A DNA stretch of 64,000 bases from positions 62,001 to 126,000 of the forward strand of contig CT868015.1 of assembly GCA_000165425.1 (NCBI GenBank), in the 5' to 3' direction. A program made the translations under genes and the position numbers. Source of the stretch: Paramecium tetraurelia. Lineage: Eukaryota. Under the pieces are notes generated by a model. The model did not search any database and was not told the origin of the DNA. It saw nothing but the letters and a program-made list of their open reading frames with translations. How positions within the stretch are numbered: position 1 is the first letter of the stretch; every line of letters begins with the position of its first letter. Below are positions 13,393-26,538 of this stretch, one piece after another.

Positions 13393-14761
13393 TCATTTTT
13401 TGGACTTATGAGTACGATGTTTCTTTGATTAATGATGATTCTTATTTTATTTTTTCTACAATAAGGAATCCCAATCAACATCTTTTTCTTCATAAGGTGT
13501 GTAATCAATTACATCTCCTCTATCCTCTTTTTCAGCATCATTTCCTTCATGATGATCATTTTCATTTTCATGATTATCACCTTCTTCTTCAGATCCCCAG
13601 GCATTTGAAGCTTCTTTCAATGGTGTGTAATCAATAACTCCATCTCTGCCATCTCCATTTAAACCCTAAATGATTTATATCATGTTTTACTGATTCCCCA
13701 TTTGCAGATCCGTCAGTTGATCCATTATCGTTAGCAATACTTCTACGTTCACTTTCATCAGCTTCATCCAAATTACCAGCTTAATAGTGTTTAATTAACC
13801 AGTCGAATAATTCAATTTCTTCTTCCAATCTTAATCTGTCCTCATCATTCCATTCTTAGTCATATTTCAAATCTTCCTAGGCAACCAATAAGGTATATTC
13901 TATTTCTTTCAATCTAGATTAACATTTGTCGACTCTTCCATATAAGGTTGTCAATTGATTTTGGAAATGCTAGAAATATCAAATACTCTAAGTACTGTAA
14001 TTAAATCATCTTGGACTTCAATTTATCTATTGAAGATGTCATTCTCTTTTTCGATTCTGACCTTGAATTCTGAGAAGGTGACTCCGATTTGCACTTAACC
14101 ATTTTATCCATTAGCAATATCGTCCTAGATTTCCCTCTCCATCTGGTTTAACATTTCGATCAATTATTCAATTGTGCCATTCAATTCTAATTCCTCTTGT
14201 TTTGTCTATAACATATTCATCTTTCTATATTCCTTATAAGCAGTGACAATGTGAGATATCTCGGAGATGGTGTTCTCTTTGACTTCTGCAAATGAAGTTG
14301 ACAATTAAGCCTACAATGTAGCTCTTAAGTAAGCGATCAATCTCAATAACACTCTTCCATTCTTCACTTTATTCAAAGAATTGTTATTCTTCTCACACAC
14401 ATTTGTGGACAGAACTCCAATACGATTGTTATTGCTTTCTTATCTTGCTTTCATCCAATTCTTATACTCATTAGCCAAATCAATTTCGGTTTGCTTAGCT
14501 TCAACCTAATCAAATTTATCATATGCTTATTACATCTTGCTATCTGTTGTAGCACTCTCCATTCTGATCTGAAATTGCTTATTAAATCACTGCAATTTAA
14601 TCTAATTTGGCTTACTTGATTGGTTAGAATCTAGCATTCAAAAGTTGTAATTGCTCAACTGCCTCTTGTCTTAATTCGCCCAGTAATTAGATAACAACCT
14701 CATTATCCTAGGCTAATGTTCCCACCATTAAAATCGCTAATAGCAATATGCTGACTCTCAT
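13393..14761 (-). CDS. Secreted coiled-coil proprotein, trichocyst matrix protein / granule lattice-like
   Basis: Signal peptide MRVSILLLAILMVGTLA, two heptad-rich halves with isolated Cys residues (GECYNR, NVCEKN), acidic low-complexity tail ending KHRTHKSKK-TGA, and short introns. Confidence 0.6.
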
Positions 14762-14814
14762 TATTATAATTATTATAAAAACGGATTATAACTAGTATTA
14801 ATTATAATAAAAAC

Positions 14815-15523
14815 TCAATTCTTTAAGGTTCTATCCTTCCTGAAAATAGAATGCTCATCTCTTATACAACTAGATGTCTTATATAACTTACTTTACATAA
14901 AAATTTTGGTGAGGCCTTATGTTAATCGATTCTCTTGCCATGACTTATTCTCATGAATAACCTAGATAACAACATCGACTTAATCTATATGACCAGTATC
15001 ATTCCCAACCGAATTTTCCAGTACCTCTTCTAAAATATCAATATTAAAGTACAAATTTTATTTTACTATATCAGATAACTCAGGGTATTGTATCTTATCC
15101 TGACTCCCTATTGAATTTATGATTTGATCTTAACTCCTATTAACGCTATTCTGAATTAGATGTTACTTTATTCATTTTAGTTTGTAGTTTCAAAAAATCA
15201 CTTTTTTATACTCTTTACCCGCCGAGTATCTGAGAATTTAAGGCAGGATTTGGAGTTGAAATGAGAACGGTTATGGATTGCGTATAGACTGTTTGATTTA
15301 ATTTTTTTGATATATTTTTATTGTTGAATTCTCCTTTAATTGATTTATAAATTATGACTATTTAAGTCTTTTGGCGTGATTGTTTATTGGAAGAATAATT
15401 TTCTAAGTTTATTAAATTCATAAATTGTGGTAATTGTTGTTAGACCCTTATATTTGAAAGTTAGTAATTGGATTGGCTATCAATTAAAGTGTAAAGTGTT
15501 CTAGATCTTTAGATTTTTATCAT
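14815..15523 (-). CDS. Hypothetical protein
   Basis: ATG at 15523 (MIKIQRSRTLYTLIDSQ...), Gln-rich code-6 frame. 3' end is tentative (TGA at 14815). Confidence 0.5.
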
Positions 15524-15546
15524 TTAATAAAAATATATAATTGATT

Positions 15547-17320
15547 ATGAGTGATTTTTTTGTACCTAATAGAAGTGAGATTTCTTAGTAAAATTAGAGT
15601 GGCATAGGCAGTCTATAAGATGTGTACTTTCATTTTATTAATCAATAAGTTTAGGCGCAAGCTTCGGCAGATTGCAATAAGACAATTAAAGCTTTGGACC
15701 TAATGGAGGAGGAAGTTTTGCTCATAATTCTGGGTTTCTAGTACAATCTGAATAATATCGTTCTTCGGTGGGCTTGGAAGAGGGAGCTGTTCCAATTTAA
15801 CTTTATGAATACTAAGAACCTTAAATTCAGAAGGCAGGCTTTTTTAGGAGTAGTGGGGATTTTGAAATGCAATTCGAAGAAATTGGAATAGACAGACTGA
15901 ATATACAAGTCAAAATACTAGAGGATCCAAAAGAACACAAAAGCCCATTATAAGATAGTGCAATGAGGAATAGCGAACCTTCTTCTTAGGAATTTAATAT
16001 AAAAATAGGTAATTTAAAAAGAAAGCTATTTTTTAGAATCTGGAGAATAAATAAATTCTAAATTCAAGCCAGAAATAAAGTAGCTTTTAAATCAAAATAT
16101 TATATAAGAAAACAAAAATCTCTTTAATGTTAATTAAGCCAAAAGTATTTATACAAATAAAATCACACAATTGGTTGAACAAACATAGAAAAAAATTGAT
16201 TTAGCTACAAAATCATCTCCAAGATTATCGTAATAATTAGAAATTCTATTCAATTAGGAAGAGTCAATAAAAATTATAGAGAAAATCACCAATCATTCCC
16301 AGAGATCAATATGATATGTCATCAAATGAAATGTAATCAAGCTAAATGAGTCCTGATGGCAATATGGATCCAGTCTAATAAAAATTAGCAAAAAATAGAG
16401 AATCGGCTCGAAATTCAAGAGCCAGAAAGAAAATATATTATGAACTCTTGGAAACAAAAGTCAAGGAATTGCAAGACGAAGTCGATAGATTAAAGGAATC
16501 TAATCGTAATCAATCAAAGTACACAGAGGTTTGCAATAAAACTCAGGAAAAGGTATATTTCATTAATGAGTCTAGTTTTAAACTTTCTTAGATTAACAAT
16601 AATAATTATTTGATAAATTAGAAACTTGTTTGCTTAAAAATAAGGATAATTTTGAAATTGCAATGGTTTTAGATGCTTTAAGATATAGAACCAATTCAAA
16701 TAGTCAGGAACGCAATGATGCTGCTAGACAATATTTTGATTCCATGGTTGAAGTATGCTTGCCAATTCAAACCAAATATTTGATTTACTCTTTAGAGAAA
16801 GATAAGGACTTCTTCGCTTAATAACCAGAGTACTTTTTATAGTAATGAATTAGTGATTATACTGACTGGATGAAAGAGACTTTTAAAAAGACACAGATTT
16901 AACCAGAACAAATTTTAAAGGTTAAAAGAATGAAATCAAAGCTTTAAAGCGTTAGAAATAATATATCAGAGTAATATCAATCTAAAATTATAGTTCAATT
17001 CAAAAAATTAAGGATCAATTAAAATCAATTCAAAGTGAAGCTAATAAAGTCGATTAAATGTGGGAGTAACTTAAAGAATGCTTAACTCCAGTTTAATTGG
17101 GATCATGTATTTTAGCCATGAGATAGGTACATACTACTTATAGCTTAGAACTCTTTTCGTTAAGAACTTCAAACCTCTTCCCTATTTCTTTAATTAAAGA
17201 ATTCTTAAATGGTATCATTAACAATTATTCCACTAGAGTGAAGAGGATGAGAATTTTCAAAAGCCAGATCAATCTCATATTTCCAATAATAGAAAGCTTG
17301 TTAAAAAATCTATGTCATGA
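15547..17320 (+). CDS. bZIP transcription factor
   Basis: Basic region plus zipper KLAKNRESARNSRARKKIYYELLETKVKELQDEVDRLKE at about 16380-16500. Multiple short introns, TGA 17318-17320. Confidence 0.9.
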
Positions 17321-17523
17321 TGAGAAATAGTTAACTATGCTGTGTTTGTTATTTTGTATTTGTTATTCTTTATTCCACTTTATTTGATTTCTTTTGTTTT
17401 TATAAAGTCGGTTTGCATATTTACATAAATCTATTAATCCTTTTTTTAGATTGAACTCCTTTGCATAAAGTCAAGTATATAGGGATAATTTAGGAAAAAC
17501 ATAGTTAACATAAATATTATATA

Positions 17524-17832
17524 TCATTTATATTCTCTGAATAAAATTGGGCTATCCTTATTTTTGAGTATTGAATGAGTGGATATCGATGTATTTCTAG
17601 TTGGAGAGGGAGACAAATCTCTTTTTGATCCTTTTTAGTAGTAGCAAACTTAATTCATTCCGCTAAACCTCAAACGTTTTGGAGGCTTCATTGCTGACTT
17701 TGGTGTTCCTTTTTGAAAAGGACTCCGCAAATTTTCTTCTTAATCTGAATCAGGAATAACACTATCCGAATCTCCTTAAGTCTTGAGCAATTTTTCACTT
17801 CTAACTGCCATTAACTAAGTCAAAGTACTCAT
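17524..17832 (-). CDS. Small (102 aa) Ser/Lys-rich hypothetical protein with an RVxF-like motif
   Basis: Intronless ATG-to-TGA code-6 ORF: MSTLTQLMAVRSEK...SAMKPPKRLRFSGMNQVCYY...HSILKNKDSPILFREYK. Confidence 0.7.
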
Positions 17833-18649
17833 TTAGTTATATCAAAATGAATATCGATTTCGATTAAATAAATTAAAGAAAATTTGTAAAATTCTAACAT
17901 CTCCCAAGAATAAAATTTACTGTTAATCTTTATTTTATACTTTTTAGACAACCTTCCCTATCCTCAACAAAAAGTAATATGTTTAGCCCTACTAGTTGAT
18001 TTTAATCTTATGGTATCTCACTTAAATTCAAATTAATCTCTATATTGGAGTAAAATTCATTTTATTAAATTTATATTTAATGATGTAGTAAATTGTATAA
18101 TGCGTATTAAATTAAGCATTTATCTAATTTAAACTAAGAGTTTGTATTTATCTTAATTAATATAATAACAATAGTATGTTCATTTTATTATTTAATTTGA
18201 ATATATGTTTCATATAATTACCATTCATTCTTATTGTGTTCTTAATTTCAAGACTACTCCAAAGATTTTCAAATGTTTAAAATTCTATTCTAAATGAAAC
18301 AAGATAGAAAACACGATGAATCAATATTGTAAGTGTTTAAAACTAATTCTATATTAATCTACTGGACCATTTTCTCAAACTTATTGGATCTGAAATACTA
18401 AGTTAAGCAGTTTTATTGCATTAATAATTTACAAGTCACTATCACTTATCATAATTAAAATCTAACTGATTAAATCACATCAACATTCTTCCCACAACAT
18501 TATTAAAATATAAATTAATATTTTTTTCTAATCAACCATTTGACACAGGATTGCTGTTACAATAATCAAATTTATATGCGGAGACAGCATATAAAATTAG
18601 TATATTTGGAAATGAAATTCAAATTTATAATTTAATTACTTCACTAAGA

Positions 18650-19189
18650 ATGAAATAAAGATTATTAATTGCAGACTTGAGTTAAGTTGAGTTGATCAAA
18701 GAATAAGAAACAATTAAAGATTCTTAAATGGTAAGTGTAAAATATAGTAATTATTTTAATTTAGGAAGTTTAGGAATCTATTGAAATTCATTTAGGATAT
18801 AACATAAGCTAAATTGACTCTTCAAAGTAACTACTGATTTAAAGTGCATTTATTTTAATATACTATATATTGAATTCTCTTTAATCGCATAACTAGAAGT
18901 TATGTAAAATTTGTTTATACAATATATCAGTTGACAAATTGAGTTGCTTAAGAGGACAAACCTTATTAGAAATGGAGATGTTTTCATTTGAATAGTAAGC
19001 AATATGTCTCTATCTCGATTGGAACTTGTGATAATTATGAATACTGTTTGTTAATTTTTCAAATATATAATACATTATAAGAAGGAATCTTTAACAAGGC
19101 TTAAAAATGATTTGCTCAACTTTTTTCAATTAAGTTATATGATGTGTGAGACAGAGCAATTCTTTGGTTTTTTAGGAATTTATGCATGA
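18650..19189 (+). CDS. Hypothetical protein or degenerate gene; 3' part not resolved
   Basis: ATG 18650 (MKQRLLIADLSQVELIKEQE) followed by a plausible GTAAG..TTAG intron. Downstream frames hit TGA, so the exon structure is uncertain. Confidence 0.3.
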
Positions 19190-19425
19190 TGTCGAAATGA
19201 TAAGACGTTGGAATTGATGTGTAAAAGCAGACATATGTCGTAATTATTAATATAAGGTTTTTCCATTAATTATACCGTCATTAAATTTAATTATATTACA
19301 TTGCAAACTGTAAATCAGAAATTATTTAGAGTCAAATGCGTATTAAATAGTGATTTTACATCATAATCAAATGAGTTCTTATATGCTCTCTGTTCCTTGA
19401 TCACTTAATCATTAATTTAAATTTC

Positions 19426-20441
19426 ATGTCAGAATAATAGAAATACATTGGAAGCATCTTAACAAGAACTAAGGCCTTGATCACCACAAATTACCAAAAA
19501 CTCCCATTGAAGTAAGTTTTAAACTTATAATTAATAGAGCACCTAAATTTGTAGAGAATATCGTTGTCTATGCAGACTCAGTAAGTCAACCCTTCATTTA
19601 AAAAGTGACAGACACAGTGGATGACAACATAAATAGAAGTGTCTAGATAGTTCAATCGTATGAGAAGACTTTCAACATAGCAGAACAAGGACAGAAACTC
19701 AAATAGAAAGGAAAGGAACTTACTGATTAATTAAGAGAGAACTCAAAGAAGGCTTTGGATCAAGGAGTCGATTTGGCCAAGAACAATGGCGCGACTTAGT
19801 TCGTGCTTAACACTTGTGACAATGTAGCTAATAGAGTCTTTAATTCAATTGAAGGCAATGTGGTCAGAATGTAAAAGGCTATTTTGAAGGAGTCTAAGGC
19901 CACAAATTCAGAGTAAACTTACAATCAAAGGGCTGTTCAATTGGCTTATAACCTTACAGAATTGACTCAAGGACTCTTCACATTGTTGAAGAATGAGATT
20001 CACACCGCTGGAGGATAAAAGGTTCAACAATTGAAGATCTTTGTTACTCTCAACTTTAAATAACATTTGAATGCCACCCTATTCACATATAAAGTAATCG
20101 TCGTATAACCCATTTCCAGTCTTTATACAACCTCCATGAAGGTATTAAAGTCGTAACTTAATACTCTAAGGGAGAAATACAACAACCAAGATTTATTGCA
20201 ATACATAATAGAATAATTAACACAACTCAAAGAGATGATCGAAACTTTAAAGTATGAAGAATTCTAAACTCTTTTATTTACAGCTTTGAAGTAGTTGAAT
20301 CTCTTTACAATACTAAAGTCTTAATACTAAAAAACAATTTAAGCATATAAACATAGTTTAGATGAACAAAGATAAGTAGTAGTAGAAGAGGAGGAGAAAG
20401 AACCAGAGTAAGAAACTCAAGAAACATAAATCAAAGAATGA
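19426..20441 (+). CDS. All-helical amphipathic protein (possibly perilipin/apolipoprotein-like)
   Basis: One 26-nt intron, then a clean frame to TGA 20439-20441. Helical pattern ENIVVYADSVSQPFIQKVTDTVDDNINRSV...FVLNTCDNVANRVF and an acidic tail. Confidence 0.75.
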
Positions 20442-20865
20442 AACTATATTGAGTATTGTGTTTAATATTTTATGTTTATAAAACAACATCTAAGTTACAT
20501 CTGCTTAAAGTACTCTATCAAAATATTGAAAAGAGAAGTTAGATAATAAACATTCAGTAATATCGAATATTTGTTTAACGACATTTATTATCAGTTATAA
20601 AGAGTTCATTCTCAATCATTTTCAAATCTAGGAACCGAAAGTGCTTGTGCTTTATCGGCTGTTGCATATACGATTAAGAGAGAATTAGAATTTTTGCAAT
20701 ATAATTAAATTATTTGAAGACAATGATTGACCCATATTATAGGTCGTATTAATAATGATGCATCAATTCTTTTCAAAGCAGTAGTTAGATTCTAAAAAGC
20801 ATTTTTGTTGTTTTTATTAAATTTTAAGTTTTACTAAACCTAGTATAAATATCTGTTAATTATAA

Positions 20866-22664
20866 ATGAACTCATCATCAAGCAGTCAACTGCTTCAGAA
20901 ACTCTAAAATCTATACTCGAGCAACAACAAAATAAGTGAACATTCAGTCTCTCCTTTGTAACCAAAACAGTTTGCCTGTAGAGAATTCAACTAATTACTT
21001 GAGAAATCATCCCCTATGCCTTATTTGCAAGTTAAATAATTGGATGTTGAACAATGGACAGAAAGACTGCTTAAGCCAAGTGATAAGGCTTCGTGCTCTT
21101 CATTTACTCAAAATGAGAATGTGTTTGACATCCATCTCCAAAAATATTCCTAAATTTCAAGCATTTCCACATCAACTTTCCCTGTGTTAGTATAAATTGA
21201 GAAGAAGGTCAAATTATTGAAATATGCTAAAGAGAATGATCATAATACGTGTGCAGCCATAATTGCTAAAATGAAGCTTTTCTGTTTAGATAATGCACAA
21301 ACGTGTTATGACTTTTATAGAAGTACAGATCTGATCTTACTGAAGTATATGATCTTTCTCTTAATACAAGAACTAAATTAACGACCTAAACTTGAGAGAT
21401 AAGAAAATAGTCATGATTAAACATCTTAATTCTCATCTATGGTTAAAGATATCGTTAATATAGTGTCTGAAATCATAGAAGAAGTGAAATCTAAATCATT
21501 CTCAGGATCACAAATAGATGTGTTGAATAAACAATTAGCCAAAATATAAAACAAGTTCAAACCTGATCCCAACAGTACACAAAAGTCTTTTAATAAATCA
21601 CATCATCATCGAATTAGTAGCTGCAATTTCGAGACCTGCAAAACCCCCATTTCAAATAAAAAGAGCAATAAAGACTCCTACATTAGCAGTGATAAATTTA
21701 AGTCGGCATAATAGCCTAATAATGGATCTGGCTCCTAAAAGATCATTTAGTTTTAGATGGACGAATTGGAATAGAAAAAGTAACTTATAAGCAAATTAAA
21801 TGAACAAATCTCTAAATTACAGAATACAAATTAATAATATTAGACGTAACTTTAAGATCTAAATGGGTAAATTACGTCTATAAAGCATGAGCTGAAATTA
21901 AAAGATGAAGAAGTAAAATTTTCAATTAATCGCTATTTAGATTGAAAACCTATCCTAATCTTTGGAGACTTTAAATTAGAATGATATAATCCATCAAGAA
22001 GAAAAGGAATAATACAATACTCTATTTCGTGAATACGAAGATGAAAATGCTTAATTGAAATCGAGTTTGGAACATTTCTAAGTATAATATCATTTAATTA
22101 GAATACACTTGAGTTATGTTAACAACAATTTGAGAATTAAAAACAAGAGACATTCGCTTATTATTAAGCCTAATGCAATTAAATTTAATAAAATAAGGAG
22201 AAAGAACTTAATCATCTAAAACATGAATTAAATGAAAATTAAGCTATTATTGTAATAAGATTAATTAATCCTAGAATCATTTACTAGGAGATGCTCTGTA
22301 CTTTGGCAAATAGTACAAAAGTCTTGTGGATAAAATAGATAATTTGAACCCCGAGTCTATCGCCATCGACTTAAATCAACTTTAAAAGGAATTATTCTAT
22401 TCTGAAAACGCTCTCAATGCTAAACTAAATGCCATATCTAATTTTTCAGACAATTTATTATTTAATGCTGGGTAAGAATATTTGTCTCAAAGTCTACCCT
22501 AGCATTAAATGATAAATCCTTAGGGAATACCTAAATCTAATATGCAATAACAGAACATCAGCAAAGGTATTTCAAACAATTATATCATAGCACAAAAAAA
22601 GCAATTTGAAATTATGGAAATGCTTCTGATTCAGAGTCAAGTGTTAGAGAAGTTTTTAATCTGA
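20866..22664 (+). CDS. Coiled-coil hypothetical protein
   Basis: ATG 20866 (MNSSSSSQLLQKLQNLY), Q/E/K/L heptads in the C-terminal half, short introns, TGA 22662-22664. Confidence 0.75.
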
Positions 22665-22799
22665 TTACTACTATATATGTGTTGTCACTATGTTATAATC
22701 AATCTATCCTATAACTTTGTTATTTCTTTGTATTACGAATATATTTAAAGTTAATATTATTGACAATATATTAAATATTATTTATTTATCCATATATAT

Positions 22800-25356
22800 A
22801 TGTCCTCAAGCATTAATCATTACAAGTAAGTTCTGATCTGAAAGATAGGTACACATGTGCATCTAATTAAAACACAATAATAGATTTGGAGACCGTTGAT
22901 GTCTCTGATATTGACAATTATCATGCATTAGAAATCAAAAATTTGGATTATCTCTTTGTTTGCAAAAAATCTTCAAAGTGTCTTTACTTAGTATCCTTAA
23001 TTAATAGCGAGGAAAAATATTATCTGACTACAGATTAAGAGATATCAGATTTTGCTTTGGCATATTTTGCACAGTCATATTATTTGATAATCATCCAAAA
23101 TAAGTAGGATATATAGTTTTACAAAATTGACTATCAATATAAATTTTCTTTGAATAACGAACTCAAAATAGAAGGATTACAATCACCTAAATTATTTTGT
23201 TCAGAATAAATAGGAGCAATTTTAATTGATAATACATAAATATATCTAATCCAATTAGACAATAAATTTATTAAATAATAACTCAAGCAAGTGGCTAAGT
23301 AGGTGATAATTTCGAGATGTTTAAAATACATCTTCATACTCACCCAAGATTCAAAATTATAGGTTCTCAATTCGAAGTCATTGCAACTCATTAATGAACA
23401 CAATCTTAAATATACAGAATCAGAACCTTTGAAATTCTAATTATTAGAGCATAATAATTAAATAGCTCTTTTTACTATCACATCATAAAAAAGGATTATC
23501 TTTTGGACTTTTGACAAAGAAGATCTGCATACATCAAGTCTATTGCCGAATGAATCTGTGAAATTTAAATTCAATTCAAGGTACTTTATATATTTAAAAC
23601 ATTGAAGCAAATAGCATATAGAATTATTTGGTTTCTAAATAGATTCCACTCAAAACTTTCTCTTTATCCTTTATTAGACACAAGACATGACAGTGCAGCT
23701 TTATGTAGCTCAACTGAATCAATCTTAAGTAATTAAATTAACTATCATCCTTATTAGATTTAGAAAAGAGAATAGAGCAAGATTAAGCATATCAAAAAAT
23801 TTGTCAAGAAAAGTTCAACCGCAGCATTGTTTATACAATTCATAATACCACCTGAGTAGGCAGAAAGGTTCTAAAATGGTGGAAATAAATGTTAATCTGA
23901 AAAAGAATACATTGAATTTCAATAAGAATTCAAAGATTTTAAAAATTAAGAATTAGAATTCACAGATCATTAATAACCCTATATTTTTGCATTGCAATCT
24001 GAGAAGAAAGATAAAATTGAATTATGTTGGTTTTATAGTGACCTTGTCCTTGGTGCTATTCTACCAGAGGATTTACTTTAACTTTACGATTAAAATACTT
24101 CAAAAAAGCAAGGCTCAAGTATTATTCAATAATCTCACTTAATTCCTCCTCCTTATATAAAAGAGGAAGATGTGCAACAATTAAATTAGTAATAAAAGTG
24201 GGAAATCAATAGCAATAATACTACCAATTACAATAACAGCAGTGAGAATCAATTTGATCCAGTAGCCAAGGCGAATGAAATTATAGAGAATGAATTGATT
24301 CCAAAAGTTTAACAATGTTAACAACAGCAGCAACTCCAAATGATAAGTAGCGATGTCAAAAAAGATCTAATCGAAGACATTACATTCATTTTTGATATCA
24401 AAGATTTGATAGAAGCCTAGGTAAAGAAGGAACTAGATAAATAAGGATAAAATGATTAATAAGCATTACTTAAATTAGAATTACAATTTAAATAGGATTT
24501 ATGTTAATTAGAAGGTCAAATGGAAAACGTAGTTAACTAAAATTTAGAGTTATATCAACAAACATGTGAAAACTTTCTGATGGATAATTTTAATTAAAAC
24601 TATTTTGAATAATTAATCGATGATAGAATAGGCAGTCATCTGAAATTGTTGGCTAATCAATAAATAAGTTAAAATGAAGTAAATATTAATTTATATTATA
24701 AGTGTACACAATTAGTTTAAAATACAACTAATGATTATCTAAAGGATCAAATTGGTTAACTTTACTAAGATGAATTACCTAAGATGTCTTAAGGAGTTAT
24801 ATAAATATTTGATAAGGTAATTTAATACTTTAATGACATGTAATTCATAGACTAAACTAAAATGATTAATTTTAATGCATTCATTGACAATGCTACCCAA
24901 TAACTTCAAACTCTAAGCAAAAATATAGCTTAATTGGCTGAAAATAATCGGCCAGGATCAGATGCTCTATAAAAATTGGATTAATTGATTTTATAAACTG
25001 AACAAATGGCTAAACAGTATGAGGGTGCCAAGAGAGGACTCAAATTAGCTGAAACACATCAACAATTGCCTTAATAATATTAATAATAATAAAATGTTTC
25101 ATCTGATGATAGACTATAAAAGATTGAAGAACATATTTTGAAATTAAGAAATGATTTATAAGCATTAACTCAGAATTAATAAGTTTAAATTTAACCTGTA
25201 GCTGGTATGGATTAATTCATTAAAGGAATGGCTGCTCAACTAACTTAATTATAAATCAAATTAACAAACCCCCAAATGAACATATAATCAATTTAAGAGA
25301 TTTTGAACTAATTGATTTTACAATTTCAATATTTTATACTTAAATTTGGATCATGA
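22800..25356 (+). CDS. Hypothetical protein, beta-rich N-terminal half and Gln-rich helical C-terminal half
   Basis: ATG 22800, 23-nt first intron, long code-6 frame to TGA 25354-25356. Confidence 0.7.
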
Positions 25357-25500
25357 TTCAGAATTTTTGTGTGGTTTATATATATATATCTAATTTAAAT
25401 GTGTGTATTAATTTAATTTAACTTTATAGCTTAAATAGAATAATTATGAAAGAATTTTTTTATTGTTATCAATATATAATAATAATAATTTTTATAACAA

Positions 25501-26439
25501 ATGATTAATTCCCAAACCCAATCCTCATTCAATAATAATAGTTCTTTTTTTGAAGTTAAGTAAACAGCTTAATCCTTCAATACACAATTGAATTCATTAG
25601 GCCATTCTACAACATTTTAATAAAAGGAAATAAAAAAAGTTCCATACAAAAATCCGAATATTTAAGCTTTTGGGTCAAAATCTGATGCACAAAAGTAGGT
25701 ATTAACGCAATAATAGAGGGAGAATAGTCCCTTAAAACCATGTACACATAAGGGCATCACTAGAATGGCAAATTAATAAGTATAGAATCAATAAGCAACT
25801 CTTGTTAGGAATAAAAATGAGTCTGCACTGGCTAATTCACAACCTAAACTAACAAAAGTACCTACAGTAAAACAATTTTCTCCATTTCAACCTAAACATT
25901 CTGCTGATCAAATAGTAAGTACTCAACAGAGTTTCAAAGCCACAAATATTTAAACAAGTGCAAATAACAAATTTGTTTAAACTCCAAAAACAACTAGATA
26001 TGAACCAAATATCATCACTACAGAAAGAGAACCTCGTTTTAAACGCTTTTCTACAAAAACAAGTGAAGAATAAATAAATCCAGAATAGCTTAATTCAGAG
26101 TAAGCTCTACCTAAAAGTAGATAATTTTCAGGCAATAATGAAAAGAAGCAGATATCTAATTCAACAGGGTTTAACCCTTAGATCAGGACTGAGGTTGAAG
26201 ATATTAAAACTAAATAAGACAGGCGATAGAATTCTACTGGGTAATAGTAATAATAATAGTAAGAAAATTCAAGGAGAACTAATTCATTATAAAAAATGAC
26301 CATACCTACTGTTTAAGTGGTTAATGTTAATTTTCCCAATGAAAATTTTTCAATAAATTCAAGAACGCCTGATCATCTTTTGAATTCTTTACGTTCTCAA
26401 AAACCAAAGAATTTCTTATAAAGAATTCCACAATTATGA
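25501..26439 (+). CDS. Low-complexity Q/N/S/T-rich hypothetical protein
   Basis: ATG 25501 to TGA 26437-26439 in one frame (939 nt). Confidence 0.7.
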
Positions 26440-26538
26440 TAATTACTTTGTAAAATTCAGGGAGTAATTTGAGTTGAGCAATGATAATTATATCTCCTAT
26501 TTTCATATTTTATTAGATTAGAAATTATATTAAAATAT

